NCBI GenBank assembly: GCA_013041745.1
Contig: JABDRN010000112.1
Coordinates: 596 to 64,595 of the forward strand
Source of the DNA: Gammaproteobacteria bacterium
GTDB lineage: Bacteria; Pseudomonadota; Gammaproteobacteria; SZUA-229
Direction of reading: 5' to 3'
DNA: 64,000 bases
The notes below the pieces were generated by a model. The model ran no database searches. It was not told where the DNA came from and worked only from the letters and a program-made list of their open reading frames with translations. Of this stretch, positions 1 through 10,444 are shown one piece after another (position 1 is the first letter of the stretch; each line of letters starts with the position of its first letter). The position numbers were made by a program, and so were the translations under genes.

Positions 1-859
1 ACGGATCGACATAACGCTCCACCGCCAGGTGGTGCTTGCTGGGCTGAAGGTATTGACCAAGCGTCAGCATGTCGACATCATGGGCTCGCATATCTTTCAT
101 CACCTCGACGACTTCCTGCATATCCTCACCGAGCCCCAGCATCAGGCCTGATTTAGTCGACACTTCCGGGTGCGCCTGTTTAAAACGCTGCAGCAGATCC
201 AGCGACCATTGATAATCTGAACCCGGACGGCACTGTTTATACAAACGCGGTATGGTCTCAAGGTTGTGATTGAACACATCGGGTGGCGCGTTATGCATTA
301 TTTCCAGCGCAACATCCATACGCCCTCGGAAATCGGGCACCAGTATCTCTATCTCGATCTCTGGATTCAGGGCACGCGTTTTTTCGATGCATTCGACAAA
401 GTGTGCGGCACCGCCATCACGCAGGTCATCGCGATCGACAGAGGTGATGACGACATACCTTAATGCCATCGCTTTGATGGTTTCAGCAAGGTGTAAAGGC
501 TCATCCGTATCCAGCGGATTGGGTCGGCCATGGCCGACGTCGCAGAACGGGCAGCGTCGGGTACATATCTCACCCATGATCATGAATGTAGCGGTACCCT
601 TGCCGAAACACTCGCCGAGGTTCGGACAGGCCGCCTCTTCACAGACGGTGAACAGTTTTTGCTCGCGCAACACTGATTTGAGTTTTTTTACATTGGGATG
701 AAACGGTGATTTGGCACGGATCCAGCTCGGCTTGCGCAAACGCTCGGCAGGCTGCTTCACCTTGATCGGGATACGCGCGACTTTCTCTGCACCTTTTAAT
801 TTTTCACCGATGATTACCTTGTTGGCATTTTTATCACTGCTTGTAGATTGATTACTCAT
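1..859 (-). CDS. lipA: Lipoyl synthase (3' end runs off the window)
   Basis: Manual translation from ATG at 859: [10 protein letters not shown]...RKPSWIR...[15 protein letters not shown]...[20 protein letters not shown]. Has the LipA CX4CX5C motif and the radical-SAM CX3CX2C motif; ATGA overlap with the lipB stop. Confidence 0.96.
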   Translation of the reverse strand, partial: MSNQSTSSDKNANKVIIGEKLKGAEKVARIPIKVKQPAERLRKPSWIRAKSPFHPNVKKLKSVLREQKLFTVCEEAACPNLGECFGKGTATFMIMGEICTRRCPFCDVGHGRPNPLDTDEPLHLAETIKAMALRYVVITSVDRDDLRDGGAAHFVECIEKTRALNPEIEIEILVPDFRGRMDVALEIMHNAPPDVFNHNLETIPRLYKQCRPGSDYQWSLDLLQRFKQAHPEVSTKSGLMLGLGEDMQEVVEVMKDMRAHDVDMLTLGQYLQPSKHHLAVERYVDP

Positions 860-1464
860 AATGCAAATTTATTCAATAATTGCTGCTGCAGATCGCCGAC
901 CACATTCTCGATTTCTATATCTTTGATGATATCTTTTAAGCGGGTAACTTCCAGCCCTTCATAACCGCAGGGATTGATCCGACGGAATGGCTCAAGGTCC
1001 ATATCCACGTTCAATGCAAGGCCGTGAAAACTACAGCCTTTACGTACCCGCAGTCCCAAAGCCGCTATTTTAGCATTATTTACATAGACGCCCGGCGCAT
1101 CACGCCTGGCGCTGGAGTCGACACCGTAATCGGCCAACAGCTCGATGACACTCTGCTCGAGGCGGGTAACAAGCTCACGAACACCTATATTTAGCCGGTT
1201 CAGATCCAGCAGTGTGTACACGATGATCTGACCGGGCCCATGATAGGTGACCTGGCCGCCGCGGTCGGAATTCACGACCGGTATATCCTTCGGGTTTAAT
1301 ATATGTTCGGGTTTACCGTTTTTTCCCAGTGTATAAACCGGCGGGTGCTGCAAAAACCAGATCTCATCAGCCGTAGACCCGTCTCTGGAATCGGTGAATT
1401 GCTGCATTGCCTGCCATGTCTTCAGATAATCGACTTCACCAAGATGACGAATGACGGCACGCAT
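856..1464 (-). CDS. lipB: Lipoyl(octanoyl) transferase
   Basis: [38 protein letters not shown] and INPCG motifs; adjacent to lipA. Confidence 0.96.
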   Translation of the reverse strand: MRAVIRHLGEVDYLKTWQAMQQFTDSRDGSTADEIWFLQHPPVYTLGKNGKPEHILNPKDIPVVNSDRGGQVTYHGPGQIIVYTLLDLNRLNIGVRELVTRLEQSVIELLADYGVDSSARRDAPGVYVNNAKIAALGLRVRKGCSFHGLALNVDMDLEPFRRINPCGYEGLEVTRLKDIIKDIEIENVVGDLQQQLLNKFAL

Positions 1465-1490
1465 TACTATAGATTGAAATCGTGTTCTCG

Positions 1491-1796
1491 TTAGAGAGCG
1501 ATGGAGACATGCTCACAGGCAGTCAGATCCATATAGATCGCATCGAGCTGATCTTTACTATGGGCAGTGACAGTGATGGTGATAGAGGTGTACTTACCAT
1601 TCTTGCTTGGCTTCATGCGAAGTGCATCCTCCGCCAGGTTTTCGACGTGACGATTGATGATCTCGATCACTGCGATCTCGAGTTCATCACAAGCCAGCCC
1701 CATCGCCTTGATCGGAAACTCACAGGGAAACTTCAGCAAGGTCTCTCCCTCTTCCAGCGTCAGTTCATGTAATTTGATATCTTTTTCGTCTGTCAT
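1491..1796 (-). CDS. ybeD: DUF493/YbeD family protein
   Basis: [14 protein letters not shown]...[13 protein letters not shown]...QLDAIY; conserved position upstream of lipB. Start moved to ATG 1796. Confidence 0.88.
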   Translation of the reverse strand: MTDEKDIKLHELTLEEGETLLKFPCEFPIKAMGLACDELEIAVIEIINRHVENLAEDALRMKPSKNGKYTSITITVTAHSKDQLDAIYMDLTACEHVSIAL

Positions 1797-1833
1797 AATT
1801 CGTTTGATCAGGTTATATTGGCGCCACAAGGGG

Positions 1834-2709
1834 CTATATCACTTTACCGACACGCAGTAAGCGCTTATGCTCCTGGTACATATCAACAACACGCTTCCAC
1901 ATATCTCCCGCCTTACCCGAACCGACCACTTCGCCATTCAGCTGAATAACAGGTGCAATCTCGCGGGTAGAACTGGTCATCCATATCTCATCAGCATCGA
2001 GCAGCTCAGCTGCTTTGATATCACGCTGTTCAACTAATATGGCGTTATTTTTTGCGATTTCAATAACCAGGTCACGGGTAATACCAGGCAGCAATTCATG
2101 CCCGGTCGGCGGCGTACTCAAGACACCATCCTTAACGACGAAAACATTGCTCGCAGTACCTTCGCTCAGCATGCCATTCCTGATCAGGATAGCATCATCA
2201 ACACCCGCGGCAGTGGCCTGCTGTTTCAGCATGACATTGGCGACCAATGAGGTTGATTTTATATCACAGGCGTGCCAGCGAAAATCATCGACCGTGATGA
2301 CAGAGATACCCGCTGATACAACCTCGATATCGGGCGGCGTGACGTGCAGCACCATAGCAAATATCGTTGGCGGATATTCTGTCTTTATAGCGAGGTCACG
2401 CTTTGCATAAGCGCCGCGCGATATCTGCAGATAGATAGCACGGTCATCACCTGCGTTTCTCTCAAGCAGACCGATAAAGATCTGCATCCATTCTTCATCG
2501 CTGCAGGGATTCTGCAGACTAATACGGCTAAGGCTGTTCTTCAGCCGATCCAGGTGGCCTTTGGCACGTAACAGCTTATTTCCAAAAACAGGGACGACCT
2601 CATAGATACCATCTCCAAAAAGAAAACCACGATCCATTACTGAGATAGTGGCTTCTTCGACAGGCATATAGGAGCCGTTCAGATAGATTATATTCGATGC
2701 CTTATTCAA
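1834..2709 (-). CDS. dat: D-amino acid aminotransferase (class IV PLP enzyme)
   Basis: DRGFLFGDGIYEV, RWHACDIKSTSL, EGTASNVF, LPGITR motifs. Confidence 0.85.
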   Translation of the reverse strand: MNKASNIIYLNGSYMPVEEATISVMDRGFLFGDGIYEVVPVFGNKLLRAKGHLDRLKNSLSRISLQNPCSDEEWMQIFIGLLERNAGDDRAIYLQISRGAYAKRDLAIKTEYPPTIFAMVLHVTPPDIEVVSAGISVITVDDFRWHACDIKSTSLVANVMLKQQATAAGVDDAILIRNGMLSEGTASNVFVVKDGVLSTPPTGHELLPGITRDLVIEIAKNNAILVEQRDIKAAELLDADEIWMTSSTREIAPVIQLNGEVVGSGKAGDMWKRVVDMYQEHKRLLRVGKVI

Positions 2710-2757
2710 GTACTTTACCTACCGGCCATAACGCCCCGTTCATTTTTTTAGTTACGA

Positions 2758-3924
2758 CTAATTAATCATTCGGAGGAAATAATCTTTTGCCTGCTGGAAC
2801 AGGCTTCCTTCGTTTACCGTCTCCAGCGCTACCAGCGGCATAGTCTCCAGCAACTCACCATCCAGCGAAACCTTTACTACCCCGATCTGCTGCCCTTTGG
2901 CTACAGGTGCTTCGATATTCTTGTCGATATCCATGGTCGCATCCAGCTTGTCATATGCACCACGCGGGATCGCTATGGCAAGATCCTCAGCCAGGCCGAC
3001 GGTCAGGTTTTGAAACTCGCCGCTCCAGATTCTTGGACGGCTCAGGACTTCACCTTCGGCATAAAGGGTATGTGATTCGTAGAAACGAAAACCGTAATTC
3101 AACAGCGCCTGACTGACGTTAGCCCGCGCTTTCTTGCTATCGGTTCCGAGCACGACCGAGATGACACGCATATCGGAGCGCACCGCTGAAGAGACAAGAC
3201 AGTAACCTGCTGACTCGGTATGGCCTGTTTTTATACCGTCGACTGTATCATCTCGCCATAACAGTTTATTGCGGTTATATTGCTTGATACTGTTATAGGT
3301 ATACTCTTTTTCAGCATACCAGGTATAGTGCTCAGGAAATTCTTTGATCAGCGCTGCCGAAAGCGTTGCGATATCGCGTGCAGACATCAGGTGATCCTTG
3401 TCTGGCCAGCCTGTGCTGTTCACGAAATTGGTATCTTCCATACCCAGCTCGATGGCATACTGATTCATCAGCTGTACGAAGGCATCTTCAGTGCCAGCGA
3501 TATGCTCCGCCAGCGCTACACTGGCATCATTTCCTGACTGGATGATCAGGCCTTTCATGAGATCGTACACAGAGACACTGGTATTTACTTCAAGATACAT
3601 CCTTGAACCACCCATACGCCATGCCTTCTCACTGATATCGACGATATCATCCATAGCGAGCCGACCTGCTTCCAGCTCCTTATATACCACATAAGAAGTC
3701 ATCAGCTTGGTTATGCTTGCCGGCTCAATCTTTTCATCAGGATTTTTTTCAGCCAGAACCTTGCCGCTGGCAAAGTCGATGACAAAATAATTTTTTGCAG
3801 CCACCTCTGGTGGCGCAGGTACCGGTAGCGCAGCATGTACGCGGCTAAACACCAGGAACAGCAGTGTCAGGATCAGGAGATTGGGGATATTTTTATTAGG
3901 ATACAACTTGCTTGAATATTTCAT
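2758..3924 (-). CDS. dacA: D-alanyl-D-alanine carboxypeptidase (PBP5/6)
   Basis: PASITKLM (SxxK), SGN and KTG motifs; signal peptide; position in the rlpA-ybeD cluster. Confidence 0.92.
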   Translation of the reverse strand: MKYSSKLYPNKNIPNLLILTLLFLVFSRVHAALPVPAPPEVAAKNYFVIDFASGKVLAEKNPDEKIEPASITKLMTSYVVYKELEAGRLAMDDIVDISEKAWRMGGSRMYLEVNTSVSVYDLMKGLIIQSGNDASVALAEHIAGTEDAFVQLMNQYAIELGMEDTNFVNSTGWPDKDHLMSARDIATLSAALIKEFPEHYTWYAEKEYTYNSIKQYNRNKLLWRDDTVDGIKTGHTESAGYCLVSSAVRSDMRVISVVLGTDSKKARANVSQALLNYGFRFYESHTLYAEGEVLSRPRIWSGEFQNLTVGLAEDLAIAIPRGAYDKLDATMDIDKNIEAPVAKGQQIGVVKVSLDGELLETMPLVALETVNEGSLFQQAKDYFLRMIN

Positions 3925-4072
3925 GGAATATTTCTTTTAACTCTCTTTCAACAGCTTTTATTATTTTAAGGCAACACACAAGTGCTGCTTTTGTTTCAAT
4001 GTATATTTTGTATCATTTGCTGTGATGCGCTTGACTGCGTCACGGTTCTGGCACAGTTCTTGGTGACTGTTT

Positions 4073-4876
4073 TTAATTGTTTCTGATAATCTTTATGTTC
4101 TGATGATCGTTCTGCTTAAGCTGGGCGAGCACCTGCTTTGCTACGTTTTCGGATGGCAGAGGTCCGATCCTGACCCGATAAAGAGCTTTCCCTTTTTTGC
4201 TTTCGATATGCAGCCTGACATCTCTAAAACCTTGCCCCTGAAGTTTACCGAGGTGCGAAAGGGCATTTTCTTCGGTAGTGAAGGCAGCAACCTGTACATA
4301 GAGTTTATCACCATATGAATCAGGAGATTCAACTATAGACGCACTACGCTGACGATTTCTATCTTCTTCGGTGGTGACCACCCGGATCGAGACGTTGGCG
4401 GTGCCTGCCTGTGCGACGCCAAGCTTGGTAGCAGCAGCATAAGACAGATCGATGATCCTTCCCTCGTGGAAAGGGCCGCGATCATTTACCTTGACTACTG
4501 CCTTACGGCCATTATCATGATTAGTGACCTCGACGAAGACAGGAATCGGTAGTGTCTTATGTGCCGCTGTCATCGCGTACATATTGTAGTCTTCACCGCT
4601 AGAGGTACGCTCACCATGGAATTTATTCCCATACCAGGAGGCGATGCCTTTCTGCCGAAAGCCATCTGCAGAATCTCTCACATAATAGGTCTTACCGAAC
4701 ACCTCATAGCTTTTCGGATTACCGTACTTACTCGGCTTGACTGAAACAGGCACTGCGTCGGGTATCTCATGCCACTGTTTCGAGTAATTCGTCGGCGCGC
4801 TGTCTTTTATCTCTCCACATGAAGACAATATTAATGAAGAAAACAAAAGAACTGTTATTATTTTATTTTTATACAT
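4073..4876 (-). CDS. rlpA: Septal ring lytic transglycosylase RlpA (lipoprotein with SPOR domain)
   Basis: LSSC lipobox; GIASWYG, TAAHKTLP, VNDRGPF, IIDLSYAAA; C-terminal SPOR-like YVQVAAF...YRVRIGP. Confidence 0.94.
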   Translation of the reverse strand: MYKNKIITVLLFSSLILSSCGEIKDSAPTNYSKQWHEIPDAVPVSVKPSKYGNPKSYEVFGKTYYVRDSADGFRQKGIASWYGNKFHGERTSSGEDYNMYAMTAAHKTLPIPVFVEVTNHDNGRKAVVKVNDRGPFHEGRIIDLSYAAATKLGVAQAGTANVSIRVVTTEEDRNRQRSASIVESPDSYGDKLYVQVAAFTTEENALSHLGKLQGQGFRDVRLHIESKKGKALYRVRIGPLPSENVAKQVLAQLKQNDHQNIKIIRNN

Positions 4877-4902
4877 TAACGTTCATCCGGCTTCTACAGG
4901 AG

Positions 4903-5904
4903 TTAGAGTTTTTCACTTAAGTGAAAAACGGCCATTGCATATAATTCACTATGATTGTAGCGTGTAATCACGTAAAAGTTTTTCAGGCCGACCCAGTATT
5001 CATCGCCGCGACTGGTCTCGAGTTTCAGCAGGGTAGCTTCCTCTTTACCATCCAGCCCTTGTTTCATCTTCACGCCCTGCGCCCTTAACTGGGCCAGCGT
5101 GGTATATGGCTTTTGCGGATTACCCGGTTTTACGATCGATGTATCGGTAACGGTCACCTGGGAAGCAACCTCCCCACCTTTCACCCAGCCATGTTCGCTG
5201 AAATAATTTGCCACGCTGCCAATCACGTCGTCTATACTATTCCACAGGTCACGTTTACCATCACCGTCAAAGTCGACAGCGTATCGTCGATAACTACTGG
5301 ATATAAACTGCGGCATACCCATGGCACCAGCATAGGAACCAGTCATTGTTTCGATATCGATATTCTCTTCTTTTGAGAGCAGTAGAAACTGTTTCAGTTC
5401 ACTCTTAAAGAATTTACTGCGTTTCGGGTAATCAAAGCCCAATGTGGTCAGAGAATCAAACACGGTATATCTGCCCGTGTGTTTACCATAATAGGATTCG
5501 ACACCGATGATGGCCGCGATTATCTCTACCGGTACGCCGTACTCTTTCTCTGCGCGCTGCAACGTCACCTTATGCTGTTCGATAAACTTCTTACCTTTAT
5601 TTGTACGCTTTTCGGTAACAAATATAGGGCGATACTGACCCCAGTTAAGTTCTTTTTCTGCGGGTTTTGCTATTGACTCAAGCACATTATCAAGCCGCTT
5701 TGCACTGGCAAACTTCTTTTCCAGGTAGACACGGTCAAACCCATGCTGCTCTACCATCTCATTGATAAAGACTTTAACATCTTCTCTTTGCGCATAGTTT
5801 TGCTGCGTCGCGAATGCACAGCTACTGGTAGAGACTGCAGATACTAATCCAAACAGGATAATCTGTACCGTTCTCTGAAGAAAGTTTTCTGTTCTTGTTT
5901 TCAT
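4903..5904 (-). CDS. mltB: Lytic murein transglycosylase B
   Basis: AIIGVESYYG, GSYAGAMGMPQFISSSY, VDFDGDGKRDL, ITRYNHS motifs. Confidence 0.93.
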   Translation of the reverse strand: MKTRTENFLQRTVQIILFGLVSAVSTSSCAFATQQNYAQREDVKVFINEMVEQHGFDRVYLEKKFASAKRLDNVLESIAKPAEKELNWGQYRPIFVTEKRTNKGKKFIEQHKVTLQRAEKEYGVPVEIIAAIIGVESYYGKHTGRYTVFDSLTTLGFDYPKRSKFFKSELKQFLLLSKEENIDIETMTGSYAGAMGMPQFISSSYRRYAVDFDGDGKRDLWNSIDDVIGSVANYFSEHGWVKGGEVASQVTVTDTSIVKPGNPQKPYTTLAQLRAQGVKMKQGLDGKEEATLLKLETSRGDEYWVGLKNFYVITRYNHSELYAMAVFHLSEKL

Positions 5905-5972
5905 ACAATTACTGTTCCTATAACGCTTTTTTATATTTCGCTTTTTTATTTTTATACATATTTTACTTTCTG

Positions 5973-7106
5973 TTACTTACTAATCAATCGTCGATTTGTA
6001 CTTATCGACATCAACATACCGAATCCTGCCATCAGCGTTACCATCGACGTTCCGCCATAACTGACCAGTGGCAGCGGCACCCCAACCACAGGCAGGATAC
6101 CTGACACCATGCCGACATTAACGAACAGGTAGACAAAAAATGTCATACTGAGACTGCCCGCCAATAACCGCCCAAAACTGTCCTGTGCATTTGCCGCAAT
6201 ATAAAGACCCCTGATGATGATAAATGCATACAGCGTCAGCAGAACCATTGCCCCCATAATACCAAACTCTTCAGCAAACACGGCAAAGATAAAGTCAGTA
6301 GTACGTTCCGGAATAAAATCCAGCTGCGACTGCGTACCATTTAACCAGCCTTTTCCATATATCCCGCCAGAGCCGATGGCGATTATCGATTGAATTATAT
6401 GATAACCGGAGCCCAGGGGATCACTCTGTGGATCAAATAGTGTCAGCACCCGCTGTTTCTGATAATCATGCATGAACTGCCATAACACGGGAATTAACGC
6501 CAGCATGGTAAATATAGAGCCGAAAAGCACCCGCCAGCTAACACCGCCAAAAAACACCACAAAAATACCCGCGGCGGCTACCAGTAACGAGGTACCCAGG
6601 TCTGGCTGCTTGGCGATCAGCATGGTCGGCACGATAACCAGCATCAACGAGATGAATAGTGAAGATACTTTTGGTGGAAACGGTTTCTCGCACAGGTACC
6701 AGGCCAGCATCATCGGTGTCACCAGTTTCATCATTTCAGATGGCTGAAAGCGGATAACATAGAGGTTCAACCAACGCTGCGCACCCTTTCCTACATCACC
6801 GGCAACCAGCACCAGAACCAGTAAAATGATGCCAAAAGCAAAGAACCAGGGAGCCCATAAGTAAAGCGTATGCTGAGGGATCTGCGCAACGATAAACATG
6901 ACTGCAAATGCGATCGACAGGCGGATAACCTGTCGTTGCACGAGTTCGATCGACCCATCTGATGCACTGTACAGAATCCCCAGACCTGCCGCCATCAGCA
7001 GCAGCAGGCTCGCCAGCAGTATCGGGTCGATATGAAGAAATCGCAGAAAACGTGAGGTCCTTCCCTGGTAATCAGATTCGAAAAATTGTGTGCTAGTACT
7101 GATCAT
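5973..7106 (-). CDS. rodA: Rod shape-determining protein RodA (SEDS glycosyltransferase)
   Basis: GAQRW, FQPSE, QPDLGT, PERTTDFIF, PLVSYGGTS motifs; follows mrdA. Confidence 0.95.
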   Translation of the reverse strand: MISTSTQFFESDYQGRTSRFLRFLHIDPILLASLLLLMAAGLGILYSASDGSIELVQRQVIRLSIAFAVMFIVAQIPQHTLYLWAPWFFAFGIILLVLVLVAGDVGKGAQRWLNLYVIRFQPSEMMKLVTPMMLAWYLCEKPFPPKVSSLFISLMLVIVPTMLIAKQPDLGTSLLVAAAGIFVVFFGGVSWRVLFGSIFTMLALIPVLWQFMHDYQKQRVLTLFDPQSDPLGSGYHIIQSIIAIGSGGIYGKGWLNGTQSQLDFIPERTTDFIFAVFAEEFGIMGAMVLLTLYAFIIIRGLYIAANAQDSFGRLLAGSLSMTFFVYLFVNVGMVSGILPVVGVPLPLVSYGGTSMVTLMAGFGMLMSISTNRRLISK

Positions 7107-7114
7107 GTAATTTT

Positions 7115-8992
7115 TTACTTAGCCTTGCTCACCGTGGATGACCCTGATGTGTATTTTTCCATATAGCGCTTGATGACATCCCTCGCTATCGGTGCCATCT
7201 TACTGCCATGTTCGCCGTTATCTGCGACTACAGCAACGGCTAAAACCGGATCTTCGGCAGGCCCAAAGCCAACAAAGAGGCCATGGTCACGAAGTTTTTT
7301 AGCGACGGTCTCTTCGTCGTATTCTTCATCCTGTGCGATACCGAAAACCTGGGCAGTACCGGTCTTTCCAGCCATCTTGAACTTCATCCCCCAACCGGTA
7401 GCTCGCGCTGTACCCCAGGGCCCATGGACCACCTCTATCATCGAATCAAAGATTACGTCCCAGTGCTTTTCACGGCGTAATTTGATCATGGTTCTGGATG
7501 GCTCCCGTTCCCTGATAGTATCATCTTTAGGCACATGCACTTCTTTCAGCAGCCTGGGCACGATCATCTCACCACGGCTCGCCAGCGCAGCGGTTGCCAC
7601 CGCCAGTTGCACCGGTGTTGCCAGCATATATCCCTGACCAATTCCAGCGATCAAGGTTTCACCCGGGTACCAAACTTTTCCGTGCACGCGTTTTTTCCAG
7701 TCGGTAGAGGGCAACAGTCCTCTACGCTCACCGAGCAGATCGATACCGGATTTTTTACCAAAACCGAACTGAGCGAGAAAATCATGCATGCTATCGATGC
7801 CCATACGATAGGAAAGCTCATAATAGTAAACATCACATGACTGCTCGACAGACTCTTCCAGATCGACCACGCCATGCCCTTCTTTTTTCCAGTCCCTGTA
7901 CTTTCTTTCTGTTTCATCACCCGGCAGCAAATAATGCCCTTTACAGAAGATCGACTCTTTTACGCCAAACCTGCGCTGCTCGATACCGGCAAGTGCGACG
8001 AATGGCTTGAATGTCGACCCTGGCGGATACTGGCCAAACAAAGCACGGTTAAATAATGGCTTATACATGCCATGCTGCAGAGCGTCATAATCTTTATGAC
8101 TGATACCATGTACGAACATATTTGGGTCAAACCCCGGTTTGCTGACGAACACTACGACAGCACCGTTATGCGGCTCGATCGCGATCACCGACCCTGCGAA
8201 CTCGCCCAGCCCTTGTTCGGCTATTCGCTGCAACTCGATATCGAGATTCAGCGTCAGATCATTCCCCGCCTCAGGCGCGACCTTCTCTATGACACGCAAC
8301 ACCCTGCCCTGGGCATTCACTTCAACTTTTTGTCTTCCGACCTTGCCATGCAGCTCGGCTTCATAGTATTTTTCAAGCCCGGTTTTACCGATATGCGTGG
8401 TGCCGCGATAATTACCTTCATCGATAACTGACAGATCTTTCTGATTGATACGGCCGACATAGCCAAGAACATGAGAAGTAAGCTCGCCCTGGGGATAGTA
8501 TCGGCTTAGCCGGGCATTGATATCCATCCCGGGAAACCGGTGCCGGTTGGCTGCCAGCCGTGCGACCTCTTGCTCATCCAGCCGGGTGCGTAATGAGATC
8601 TGCTGAAAAGAACGGTGTACACGCAACTGCTCCCTGAACCGCTCTAGCTCAGTATCACTGATACTGACTATCTCGCTCAAGCCCTCTAATGTGGCCTCCA
8701 TGTCATCTACCTGCTCAGGGGTAATCTCGAGATGAAACGTCGGTTTATTCTCTGCCAGTATGACACCATTGCGGTCATAGATGAGACCTCGGGTCGGTGG
8801 CAACTCCATCAAACGGATGCGATTATTCTCAGACAGGTCGGCAAAATGTTTGTAATCGACGATCTGCAGCCATGCCAGGCGAAATAAAAGTCCGGCCAGC
8901 ATCAACAAGCAGATTAGCGCCGCCACTATGGCCCGAAACTTAAATACACTTGCCTGAAACGAATGATCAGAATAATGAGACCGATACGGCAT
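7115..8992 (-). CDS. mrdA: Penicillin-binding protein 2
   Basis: N-terminal TM helix; RGLIYDRNG, YPPGSTFK, SCDVYYY, KTGTAQV motifs. Confidence 0.95.
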   Translation of the reverse strand: MPYRSHYSDHSFQASVFKFRAIVAALICLLMLAGLLFRLAWLQIVDYKHFADLSENNRIRLMELPPTRGLIYDRNGVILAENKPTFHLEITPEQVDDMEATLEGLSEIVSISDTELERFREQLRVHRSFQQISLRTRLDEQEVARLAANRHRFPGMDINARLSRYYPQGELTSHVLGYVGRINQKDLSVIDEGNYRGTTHIGKTGLEKYYEAELHGKVGRQKVEVNAQGRVLRVIEKVAPEAGNDLTLNLDIELQRIAEQGLGEFAGSVIAIEPHNGAVVVFVSKPGFDPNMFVHGISHKDYDALQHGMYKPLFNRALFGQYPPGSTFKPFVALAGIEQRRFGVKESIFCKGHYLLPGDETERKYRDWKKEGHGVVDLEESVEQSCDVYYYELSYRMGIDSMHDFLAQFGFGKKSGIDLLGERRGLLPSTDWKKRVHGKVWYPGETLIAGIGQGYMLATPVQLAVATAALASRGEMIVPRLLKEVHVPKDDTIREREPSRTMIKLRREKHWDVIFDSMIEVVHGPWGTARATGWGMKFKMAGKTGTAQVFGIAQDEEYDEETVAKKLRDHGLFVGFGPAEDPVLAVAVVADNGEHGSKMAPIARDVIKRYMEKYTSGSSTVSKAK

Positions 8993-9257
8993 AGAATTAA
9001 ATTTGATTAAAAGTATTTATTGTTTTTTTTATGGACTTTTTAAGCAAAAACACACTAAAACCACAAAATAGCAGAAAAAGATGGCCAATTATATAGTGTT
9101 TCAGCTGATTCAGGCTCGACAATTTCTCAACAATCGATAGAATCCCCTAAGATATAAAAAAGGGATTGTTTATAGTGTTGATCTCACTCCCTATAAACAA
9201 ACATAAAGTGATGTAAGCCACTGAATAATAAACAATAACGGGTGGCGGAGTATAAAT

Positions 9258-10364
9258 ATGAAATTAATCCTGATTGGGGCCCCGGGTTCGGGCAAAGGCA
9301 CACAGGCCAAATACCTGACTGAAAAGTACCATATTCCGCAGATCGCTACGGGCGATCTGTTGCGTGCAGCCGTGGCCGCACAGACACCATTAGGGCGACA
9401 GGCAAAAGCGATTATGGACGCCGGTCAGCTGGTGCCGAACGATATCGTGATCGGTATGATACGAGAACGTATCGCGCGTCCCGATGCTGACCAGGGCTTT
9501 ATTCTTGACGGATTCCCACGAAATATCGCTCAGGCAGAAGCACTCGACGATATCCTCGATAAACTGGGCAAGCCGATTGATGCCGTATTACAGTTCGACG
9601 TCGATGCCGAGATGCTGATCCAGCGCATGATCGGCCGCCTTACCTGTATATCCTGCGGCGCTCTGTTCAACCTTTTCACACAGCCGCCGGTGATCGATGA
9701 TAAATGTGATGAATGCGGCGGCATGCTGCACCACCGAAATGATGACAGCGAAGAGATCATAGAACGACGCTTACAGATCTTTGAAACATTGACCCAGCCG
9801 CTCAGCGATTACTACAAACATAAAAGTGTGCTGCATATCGTTGAAGCCCATGGCGATGTTGGCGAAGTAACGAAACGCGTCAAATCTGCATTACGCGGAC
9901 TGCGGCCGAAACGAACTCCAGTGAAGCCGATGCTGGCACCGGTGTCGGCAGTACCAAAGACCGCGAAGCCGGCAGTGACTCATACTCGTATCGAGACGCC
10001 AAAACCAAAATTACGTCCTCGTAAAAAGATAAAAACACTGTCTGGCAATACCACTGTGAAAAAGCTGGAGATCAAAAAAGAGCTGCCGAAAGTAGTCAGC
10101 AAAAAGGCCATCAAGGCTGCCAACAAGAAGAAGGCTGCAGCAGAGGCCACAGCAGCGAAGGCAGCAGCCGAAGAAGAAGCACTGGCTCGTGAACTCGATG
10201 CTAAATTAAAACAACTGCAGGAAGAACTAAAGCAGACCAAAGCACAGTTAAAAGAAGCAGCAAGTGCAGAAAAAGCGCTGTTAAAGGCGGATAAAGACAA
10301 GGATGCAGCACTTAAAAAAGCACTGCATGCAGAGACTGCAAAGTTAAAGAAAGAAAAAAAATAG
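9258..10364 (+). CDS. adk: Adenylate kinase with Zn-binding lid and ~150-aa Lys/Ala-rich C-terminal extension
   Basis: GAPGSGKGT P-loop, GDLLRA, GFILDGFPR, lid C-X2-C-X16-C-X2-C; GGAG RBS upstream. Confidence 0.92.
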   Translation: MKLILIGAPGSGKGTQAKYLTEKYHIPQIATGDLLRAAVAAQTPLGRQAKAIMDAGQLVPNDIVIGMIRERIARPDADQGFILDGFPRNIAQAEALDDILDKLGKPIDAVLQFDVDAEMLIQRMIGRLTCISCGALFNLFTQPPVIDDKCDECGGMLHHRNDDSEEIIERRLQIFETLTQPLSDYYKHKSVLHIVEAHGDVGEVTKRVKSALRGLRPKRTPVKPMLAPVSAVPKTAKPAVTHTRIETPKPKLRPRKKIKTLSGNTTVKKLEIKKELPKVVSKKAIKAANKKKAAAEATAAKAAAEEEALARELDAKLKQLQEELKQTKAQLKEAASAEKALLKADKDKDAALKKALHAETAKLKKEKK

Positions 10365-10386
10365 ACTTCAGTTAAATAAGATGAAC

Positions 10387-10418
10387 AAAAAAGCCTCGAT
10401 ATAAATCGAGGCTTTTTT
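10387..10418. terminator. Bidirectional intrinsic terminator between adk and the thioredoxin gene
   Basis: AAAAAAGCCTCGAT-ATAA-ATCGAGGCTTTTTT: perfect hairpin with A and T tracts between convergent genes. Confidence 0.88.
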
Positions 10419-10444
10419 GTCCGAGCAGCAGAAGAGTGTGACTA

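Noticed and set aside
1834-2709. D-amino acid aminotransferase inside the dacA-ybeD-lipB cluster
   Set aside because: This arrangement is common in beta- and non-enteric gammaproteobacteria.
9207-9223. CRP-like site AGTGA-N6-CCACT upstream of adk
   Set aside because: Several mismatches to TGTGA-N6-TCACA; not distinguishable from chance without comparative data.
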